From an uncultured Pseudomonadota bacterium (GTDB lineage: Bacteria; Oederibacteriota; Muellerivitia; Muellerivitales; Muellerivitaceae), in the NCBI GenBank assembly GCA_963770835.1, contig CAVYRH010000009.1, forward strand, positions 1 to 24,073: 24,073 nt of DNA, given 5' to 3'. Shown piece by piece: positions 18,390 through 24,073 of this stretch. The notes under the pieces are model-generated. The model saw only the letters and a list, made by a program, of their open reading frames with translations. It was not told the origin of the DNA and made no database searches. Made by a program: the position numbers and the translations under genes. Numbering within the stretch: position 1 is the stretch's first letter; each line of letters starts with the position of its first letter.

Positions 18390-18646
18390 CTATTTTAAAA
18401 GATCTATTTTTTGAATTTCGGCTTGTCGGGTAGGCCGTGGAGGTATTGTTTCAGCGGTTAATTTTTTCATTTTAAGTGAGTATTCCAAGCGGAGTGTTTC
18501 CAATTGAGCTTCGGTCAACTTTGCTTGGTCGACGAGTAGATTTGACTGGTTCTTGAAATTGGCGAGTGTCTTCCCCGACACCTTTAGGTTAAAGGGCCGT
18601 TTTCGCGTTGTGGATGGAGGAGCGCCAAAAGGGGAAGGTCTTTCAT
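18390..18646 (-). pseudogene. Frameshifted small 'QLxTLR' gene (copy C)
   Basis: MKDLPLLALLHPQRENGPLT* then, in another frame, KVSGKTLANFKNQSNLLVDQAKLTEAQLETLRLEYSLKM; similar to copy B. Confidence 0.6.
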
Positions 18647-18649
18647 GGG

Positions 18650-19016
18650 TTATCTTTCCGATGAAGCCTTGTCCAGGTAATTCTTCAAAGCTTGAACATC
18701 CTCGTCCTTCATGGCCAGGAACTGAACCCCACCCCCGGATTCATTGGACCAAACCACTTCCGTCATGGCATTTAACTTGGACGGGTTATCGGGTATGAGT
18801 ATTTCTATTTTCAGGATACTTCCTGGTTTTAAGGGTTCGTTGGTAAGGATGCCCAGCCCGCCCAGGCTCACGTCCTGCGTGTGGCCTTCCTTTTTCCGTC
18901 GATCAAAAATTTTATCAATTTCTTGTTGGTCTTCCAGAATCCGGTAGGCAATTGGAATTTTAATAGCGATTCGGGGGTAAACCCGCTTTTCCTTAAATTA
19001 AGAAGCCTTCCGTCAT
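18650..19016 (-). pseudogene. PilZ-domain (c-di-GMP-binding) protein with a 5' frameshift
   Basis: Open frame KEKRVYPRIAIKIPIAY...QDVSLGGLGI...EVVW......GVQF contains both RxxxR and DxSxGG motifs. RBS AGGAG + ATG 19016 is out of frame, with a TAA near 18998-19000. Confidence 0.85.
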
Positions 19017-19114
19017 AGGCAACTCCTGGCTTCCTAAATTATCTGGACTTTTTCAAAGATCGCGCTGCGCCAAAAGCCCCTGCCGTCAAACGTGCGTCCA
19101 AAATGGGCCCTATT

Positions 19115-19441
19115 TCAAATATTATGCGTTCCTTCTACCAGTCTTTTCTCACGATCATCGGTCCGTTTTTGAAGCCATTTGATGGCCTCTTCTATTCCGC
19201 TAATGGCCAAAACATGTTCGGGGCAATTAAATTTTGAATTCTGATAGTATTGTAAACGGCTTAAACAAGCCTCGAGAACTTCCTCCACATAAGCTCCGTT
19301 TTGTACTTTTCTTTCCGCGCCCCTTCCCAATGGGCCGTCCTGCCAGGCGATGGCAATGCCGATACCGCGAACAAATCCGCCTGTCGAGACTCCATTTTCA
19401 TCAAGTTTATTTTGGATCTCTAATTTTTGAAGTTGCGACAT
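19115..19441 (-). CDS. tad1: Tad1-family (Thoeris anti-defense 1) immune-signal sponge protein
   Basis: WQDGPL....NG..VEEVL.....RLQYYQ.SKF.C.E...AI..IEEA..WL.KRT.DR..R.VEGTH matches the recalled Tad1 signature FQ.GP....NG...EDL......RL..FQ...F.CREN..A.TK.EEA..WL..RT..R..RGVEGT. Confidence 0.85.
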   Translation of the reverse strand: MSQLQKLEIQNKLDENGVSTGGFVRGIGIAIAWQDGPLGRGAERKVQNGAYVEEVLEACLSRLQYYQNSKFNCPEHVLAISGIEEAIKWLQKRTDDREKRLVEGTHNI

Positions 19442-19479
19442 ATCTCTCCCCCTTGCTCACGATCCGATCCACCGGCCAC

Positions 19480-19779
19480 TCAGTTGTTTTGGATGTTTTG
19501 GACCTGGGCCTGTTGCTTCTTGGCTTCCTTTTCTAATTCCCTTTGCTTCAGGCGATCTTCCCTCGCTTTATCCGTAGCCAAAGCGGTCATGATATTGCCG
19601 ATGCGGGCCTGGATGTTCAAGATGGCCTTTTCCTTGCCGCCACCGAAGTCAGGGACCCGTATTTCACCGAAATTATTAACATGGGTCTTCGCGAAAACCT
19701 TGCCGTTTTCCTCGTAAATCTCGACTTCAAACTCTTTTTCATGGCTTTTGATTTTGAAATTTTCAATGGTTGGCGACAT
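19480..19779 (-). CDS. Hypothetical protein (small alpha/beta domain + charged coiled-coil tail)
   Basis: RBS AGGTGA before ATG 19779; protein-like composition; ends 38 bp upstream of tad1 in the same orientation. Confidence 0.75.
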   Translation of the reverse strand: MSPTIENFKIKSHEKEFEVEIYEENGKVFAKTHVNNFGEIRVPDFGGGKEKAILNIQARIGNIMTALATDKAREDRLKQRELEKEAKKQQAQVQNIQNN

Positions 19780-19803
19780 GAAATCACCTAATTTCATTGG
19801 ATT

Positions 19804-20158
19804 TTAACAAGAGCCGTATATTACCCGGTATTTCCAAGATGACCTTATCCGGTTACTTCGATCGGTTATTTTGTTCATTATATCCCTCTTCCCAACGTTC
19901 ACCTGCCCGCTTAATTTTTTTGGATCAGTAAGCCTGGGAGTGGAGTTACTTATAAATCTCGGATTCCGGAATTTGGCCATTTTATCGAAATACATCTGGC
20001 GGAGGGTGTCCAACTGGGTCTCGTTTAGCTTGGACTCGCCACCGAGGAAATCCGACTGCTTTTGGAATTTGGCCGGCCGCCCAAGGAGACAAGCCGAGGG
20101 CGACGTTTGCGGGTGCAAATTCTGGTGAATTTGTTCAAGCTCTTCAACAAAGAGAGGC
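19804..20158 (-). pseudogene. Small 'QLxTLRQMY' gene remnant (copy B), no clear start
   Basis: FVEELEQIHQNLHPQ...AKFQKQSDFLGGESKLNETQLDTLRQMYFDKMAKFRN; homologous to 18390-18646 and 2577-2663. Confidence 0.6.
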
Positions 20159-20806
20159 TTAATCCCTGTGAAGAGCCCACTTGGGGTACCAATCCTTCTT
20201 TTGCGGGTTTATGGGGGAAAGCCACATCCATGCAGGCGACCCTGTCCGGGAACAATAAGTAACTATTCGATGAACTGTCCTCTTGTTTAGCCCCAGTTTT
20301 TCCGCAGTATCTTGCCTAGTCAACCCCTTCCGAAAAGCCCACAAAACATAATGGGCCGAAACGACCTTCAATGGGAATCCCATGAGCCAAAGCCAAACCA
20401 AATATTTGTTTTCTCTCGAATTAAATAAAGGGTATTTGACCGCACGCCGATAAAAGACATTGACCTGAAAATGAAATTGGTTTTTTGGCCTTTTCCTTAT
20501 GATTCCCAACCACATTCGCCTGAACCTGTAGGTATGAGTCCCCAAACCGATCTTATCGCTTATACCGATAATGGAATTTCTGTGCATCCTAAGGATCTTT
20601 GCTTGCCTGGAAACAATCCCATTTGCCGAAGCAAACCAGGTAAGAAAATAATGCTTGTTTAAATCCTGGGGCTTTAAGTTTTTTCCCCAAAGGGTTTTTA
20701 AACAATTCAATCCCTGAATTAACCCTTTTTTGGGGGGCATTGCTTTCTGGTGCTCTTGAGGAGCCAAAAAACCTTCCTTAAACGTTACATGCTTTTTTCT
20801 AGCCAT
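20159..20806 (-). CDS. Basic DNA-binding protein with two helix-turn-helix motifs (first Fis-like)
   Basis: ANGIVSRQAKILRMHRNSI and KGLTRQDTAEKLGLNKRTVHRI; Lys/Arg-rich. Confidence 0.75.
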   Translation of the reverse strand: MARKKHVTFKEGFLAPQEHQKAMPPKKGLIQGLNCLKTLWGKNLKPQDLNKHYFLTWFASANGIVSRQAKILRMHRNSIIGISDKIGLGTHTYRFRRMWLGIIRKRPKNQFHFQVNVFYRRAVKYPLFNSRENKYLVWLWLMGFPLKVVSAHYVLWAFRKGLTRQDTAEKLGLNKRTVHRIVTYCSRTGSPAWMWLSPINPQKKDWYPKWALHRD

Positions 20807-20848
20807 TTCCTTCAAAACCTCTTTCGTGAGAAAAGCCCAGGGCCCATT

Positions 20849-21115
20849 TCATGAAGCCCATTGTTTATTCGCTATCCTACCGGCCAAATCTATTTGCTCG
20901 TGGCAAGTCACGAAATCCCCCACATTGGAGTCCTTCCGGTCAAATACCGCCGAGGCCCAAACAAGCTCCGGGAAATTCAAAAAGTCGTTTATTCTCGAAT
21001 CCAACATTTTCATTTACCTTGGGTTGTTCTTAATAAATTCCTTAAGGGTTTTTCCAGTTTCGGGTTAAAACTCAATATGCCTCAAACCCCATTTTCCCAT
21101 TTTATCTCCCGTCAT
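20849..21115 (-). pseudogene. 88-codon gene with two in-frame TAA stops, weakly RelE/ParE-like
   Basis: ATGA overlap with the relaxase stop. Reads MTGDKMGKWGLRHIEF*PETGKTLKEFIKNNPR*MKMLDSRINDFLNFPELVW...; stops at 21065-21067 and 21014-21016. Confidence 0.5.
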
Positions 21116-21909
21116 TTACTTGGGTTGCTTAATTGATGCCATATTTTTTTGAAGGGCAATGAAATCGCCTTTTCATAATCCGAAACAAACCAGCGGGGCC
21201 AATCACGTTCGTTTATCTTAGACTTAAGGATTCCCGTCATCCTTACGGTATTTTCCCTTTTCGCCGAAACAACAAGCCTTAATGCATTGGGGAAAGAGTC
21301 ATTCAGGTACTCGATCATCCTGCCGATTTTCGCGTCCGGGTTCTGGACATGCTCATACTCCAAAGTGAATCCATACCTTTTCCCGTCCAAATCCGTCTCA
21401 AAATAACCGTCTGGCGTTCGCCGGCCTTTGATTTGGGAATTGACCCAATTAGACCGCCATACATCCTTGTCCAACTCTCCCTTTAAAAAGGTTTTCTTTA
21501 CTGCCGGAGTTATTCCGGCCCGCATTTCAAAATCCGACACCCAAAATATCCTTCCGAGTTGGTCATTTCTTTCAAATGCTATCCGAATAGCCTGGACTTC
21601 GAGGTCATGTGCCCTTTCATAAGGATTGATCCTTGCTTGGAACTTCGACCTCTTGACCAGAATCTTGTCCGTCTCGTCCAAATATTGGATTGCCTTCCCC
21701 GTCAGAAAATACATTGAATCCTGGAACGTGGAGGACTCGGCTTTGGTCATTCCGAGGAGGCCTTTTTTAAAATATCGGTCCCGCATGATGGAACAAGCTT
21801 GGCGGTAGGTTTTAGGAAATACAAACCGTTTGTGGAAAAGCTCCGGGGTGGTGAATTTATTTGAGTGAATCCAAGTTAAATGCCTTACTTCCCGCTCGTT
21901 CAATTCCAT
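21112..21909 (-). CDS. Replication-relaxation family (MOBC-like, PD-(D/E)xK fold) relaxase
   Basis: N-terminal winged helix (L..RE...L......KF.T...; YFLT.KA), HDL motif, and PDG-x-E-Y-E (D-x16-E-x-E). Lies directly downstream of a coupling protein. Confidence 0.82.
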   Translation of the reverse strand: MELNEREVRHLTWIHSNKFTTPELFHKRFVFPKTYRQACSIMRDRYFKKGLLGMTKAESSTFQDSMYFLTGKAIQYLDETDKILVKRSKFQARINPYERAHDLEVQAIRIAFERNDQLGRIFWVSDFEMRAGITPAVKKTFLKGELDKDVWRSNWVNSQIKGRRTPDGYFETDLDGKRYGFTLEYEHVQNPDAKIGRMIEYLNDSFPNALRLVVSAKRENTVRMTGILKSKINERDWPRWFVSDYEKAISLPFKKIWHQLSNPSK

Positions 21910-21935
21910 CGTTTTATTCCAAATTTCTTTTAAAT

Positions 21936-23741
21936 CTATGTGGGTAAATCCAACTTGGCTTCCAACTGATCAGAACCTGGGTCCTTTTTCGTTTTTTTCT
22001 TTTCGTTCTTGGGTGCGTCTAGAACTTCAAAATAATTGAAATCCATCTTTTTCAAATGGTTGTTTCGGATGGGGACACAAGCCACGTAATCAAAATCGCT
22101 TGGGGGTGGTTTGACTTCCTTAAGTTTCATCTTGAAAACTTTAGGGCCGGAAACGTAAACGATGCGGCATACCGCTTCCCCGCGCTTCATCCCCCTCAAA
22201 TAATTTGGATGAATGATGAATTCCTCGTCCTGTTTTTCGGTTCTCCCTCGGGGTTGTGAAATACGTGTATCGTAGGAATAAACGTCCTTCTTGGTTACTT
22301 TAGTTCCAAAAATTGAAGCGAAGAAATCCACTGTATCCTTTTCAGTGATATTCAAAACGATCTTGTGGTTTGTGTTGGTGAGAATGTCGTCCTTGAATTC
22401 CTGGCTGACCGCCCCCAACTGACCCAAGCTGTGGTGGGCCAGGAAAAAGCAGACATTGGCCTCACGGCCAAGGGAAATAAGGTCGTTTAAGCCCGGATAA
22501 GCGGCGGTGTAGAACTCATCCAAAAACACGAAAAAGGGTTTTGGGGGCTTCTCGATCAACCGCCGCCCAATGACCCCTGCCAAGTCAATTAAGGCGGAAA
22601 TAATGACCGGTTTGGAGTCCTCCTGGTTCACCAAGGAGGAAGTGCCGAATAGGAAAATCTGCTGTTTTTCCACCACGTCTTTCATTTTGATGTCGGGATT
22701 GAGGGTATTAATAAGGGGCGACCATTCCCGATTTGTGAACCGGGCCAGCTTGCTGGTTAGGCCTGACAGGTTCATTTCCCTGTCCTTGGGGGTCATTTTG
22801 ACCCACTTTTCCAGGAAGTATTTGCCAGATACGCTGTCCTTGTGCTTTTTGCTCAAATGGTCAATCGACCGAAAGGATGTAATTTCGTTGGAGATGAGGT
22901 TTTGGTAGTCCATGCGGGTGACGTGCTTGAATTCAAGGAAAAGCAGGTTGGTCAGGTTGCTCAAAACGTCGCTGGCTTGGTCCCTGAAAAATTCATTGGT
23001 GACGGGGCCATAAAAGATGGACTTCATCAGGCCGTTAAAAACTTCGTCGGGTTTGTCCTTGAAATCGGGGTTATAGGTTTGGCTTCGTTTTATATCGGCC
23101 AAGTCAAAATACTTTAAGTCCTTTAGCCGCCCATATTTGGAAGCGTAATAGGGAATAGTTTTGTTGTAATTGGATTTGGCATCAAAAACAAACATGCCTA
23201 GGCCGTTCCTTATGCCTTGTTCAATGAGGTAGTTAAAGATGTTGGTTTTGCCCATTCCCGAAGATCCGATGACTTCGGTGTGGTATTTGAGCAATTCGGC
23301 GGGGATGAAAAACTTTTTATCCGCGTCAAGGTATAGGGAATAATTCCCGCTTTCCTCCTTAGGCGATTCGCCAAAATCCTCCGACCCTTTTTCCAGGACG
23401 AAATGGACGAAGTAAAAGCAAAACCCGATGAAGATGGAAAGCCCCATGACAACATCGCCGGTAAATCCCTCGGTTCCAAAAGACACCCCCAATAGGTCAT
23501 GGGTAAAGGAAAGCGCTATCAAGGCAGGGGCGAAGGCCAGAAGGTGGTTCATTCGGACATGCTTCTCAAAGAGGTACAGAAAACCCACTGAGAGGACTGA
23601 AACCGTGTCAAAAGGGGTCACGGATGGGCCAATAACCCCTACGGCCTCTAAAGTGAATTTAAGGGCCGAATAGAGGCCAAAACCGGCCAAGATTGGTGGG
23701 GCATGACGCTCAATCTTTTTAAAAAATTTCGAGGTACTCAT
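21936..23741 (-). CDS. Type IV coupling protein (TraD/VirD4/TrwB-like ATPase)
   Basis: N-terminal TM helices; H..VIGSSGMGKT Walker A; VFDAK; YNP; FFVFLDEF Walker B; GREA......HHSLGQL and NT..KI motifs. Confidence 0.92.
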   Translation of the reverse strand: MSTSKFFKKIERHAPPILAGFGLYSALKFTLEAVGVIGPSVTPFDTVSVLSVGFLYLFEKHVRMNHLLAFAPALIALSFTHDLLGVSFGTEGFTGDVVMGLSIFIGFCFYFVHFVLEKGSEDFGESPKEESGNYSLYLDADKKFFIPAELLKYHTEVIGSSGMGKTNIFNYLIEQGIRNGLGMFVFDAKSNYNKTIPYYASKYGRLKDLKYFDLADIKRSQTYNPDFKDKPDEVFNGLMKSIFYGPVTNEFFRDQASDVLSNLTNLLFLEFKHVTRMDYQNLISNEITSFRSIDHLSKKHKDSVSGKYFLEKWVKMTPKDREMNLSGLTSKLARFTNREWSPLINTLNPDIKMKDVVEKQQIFLFGTSSLVNQEDSKPVIISALIDLAGVIGRRLIEKPPKPFFVFLDEFYTAAYPGLNDLISLGREANVCFFLAHHSLGQLGAVSQEFKDDILTNTNHKIVLNITEKDTVDFFASIFGTKVTKKDVYSYDTRISQPRGRTEKQDEEFIIHPNYLRGMKRGEAVCRIVYVSGPKVFKMKLKEVKPPPSDFDYVACVPIRNNHLKKMDFNYFEVLDAPKNEKKKTKKDPGSDQLEAKLDLPT

Positions 23742-23848
23742 GGAGGCGAATCTTCTTCAAAAGTTTTAGGGAACCAATAGCCTTTAACTTTTATAACCCC
23801 CGGCCAAAATAGACAAGTTCCTATTTGCGTGATTTTGAAGAAAAACCC

Positions 23849-23976
23849 CGTGTCATATACGTGTCAATCGAAATGCTTTTTTACGAGTTTTTAGGATGCT
23901 TGATGCTCACTGACGCTCGGTCAAAAAAAAAGCCCTTGTCCGCAAGGCTAGTAATTTCCTTGCAAACAAAGGCTTT
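23849..23976. other. att-arm-like region next to the tRNA
   Basis: Direct repeat CGTGTCA at 23849-23855 and 23860-23866 (11-bp period), and an imperfect inverted repeat AAAGCCCTTGT..GCAAGG/CCTTGC..ACAAAGGCTTT at 23929-23976. Confidence 0.55.
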
Positions 23977-24008
23977 CAAAGCGTGCCTGGAACATGTCCC
24001 TTACAAGA

Positions 24009-24073
24009 TGGAGCTGGCGACCGGAATCGAACCGGTGACCTGCCGCTTACAAGGCGGCTGCTCTACCAGCTGA
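24009..24073 (-). tRNA. tRNA-Thr(UGU), 5' end outside the window
   Basis: Reverse complement TCAGCTGGTAGAGCA-GCCGC-CTTGTAA-GCGGC-AGGTC-ACCGG-TTCGATT-CCGGT-CGCCAGC-T-CCA shows the D loop, TGT anticodon, T loop and encoded CCA. Confidence 0.97.

Larger units (their letters stand above)
1..24008. mobile_element. Integrative mobilizable element / genomic island at the tRNA-Thr 3' end (continues beyond the left edge)
   Basis: Abuts a tRNA 3' end with att-arm-like repeats and encodes a coupling protein, relaxase, ArdC, Tad1 and several decayed genes. No integrase in the window, and the left boundary is not seen. Confidence 0.8.

Noticed and set aside
20849..21115. Stop-codon reassignment (TAA read-through) to explain in-frame stops
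   Set aside because: Intact genes in the window end in TAA, TAG and TGA normally, so pseudogenisation is simpler.
23825..24073. 82-aa + strand ORF at the right edge
   Set aside because: Antisense to the tRNA and att region (the ELATGIEPVT pattern is a typical tRNA shadow).

Overview
The window looks like one end of an integrative, mobilizable genomic island inserted at the 3' end of a tRNA-Thr(UGU) gene (right edge, minus strand). Reading leftwards from the tRNA there are att-arm-like repeats, a TraD/VirD4-type coupling protein, a replication-relaxation (MOBC-like) relaxase and a double-HTH regulator. A ~17 kb cargo block follows. It holds a Tad1-family (anti-Thoeris) immune-signal sponge, a frameshifted PilZ gene, a DUF2723/TMEM260-like glycosyltransferase with TPR, and two tandem units of [283-bp repeated leader - small exported protein - exported protein with an N-terminal glycan-lytic domain]. 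One unit ends in a truncated SpoIID/LytB-like module. The other ends in a 3435-aa protein (GH18, Ig-like, 2x Kelch, 4x NHL, Thr-rich stalk, CBM3-like, T9SS-type C-terminal domain). The cargo is bracketed by degenerate copies of one small gene sharing a 20-bp exact repeat. Left of the cargo is a ~2 kb hairpin-rich, mostly non-coding region (oriT/ssDNA-promoter candidate) and a leading-region-type operon containing ardC, cut by the window edge. No integrase, mating-pair genes or CRISPR array are visible. All family calls come from motif recognition by eye; no database search was run.
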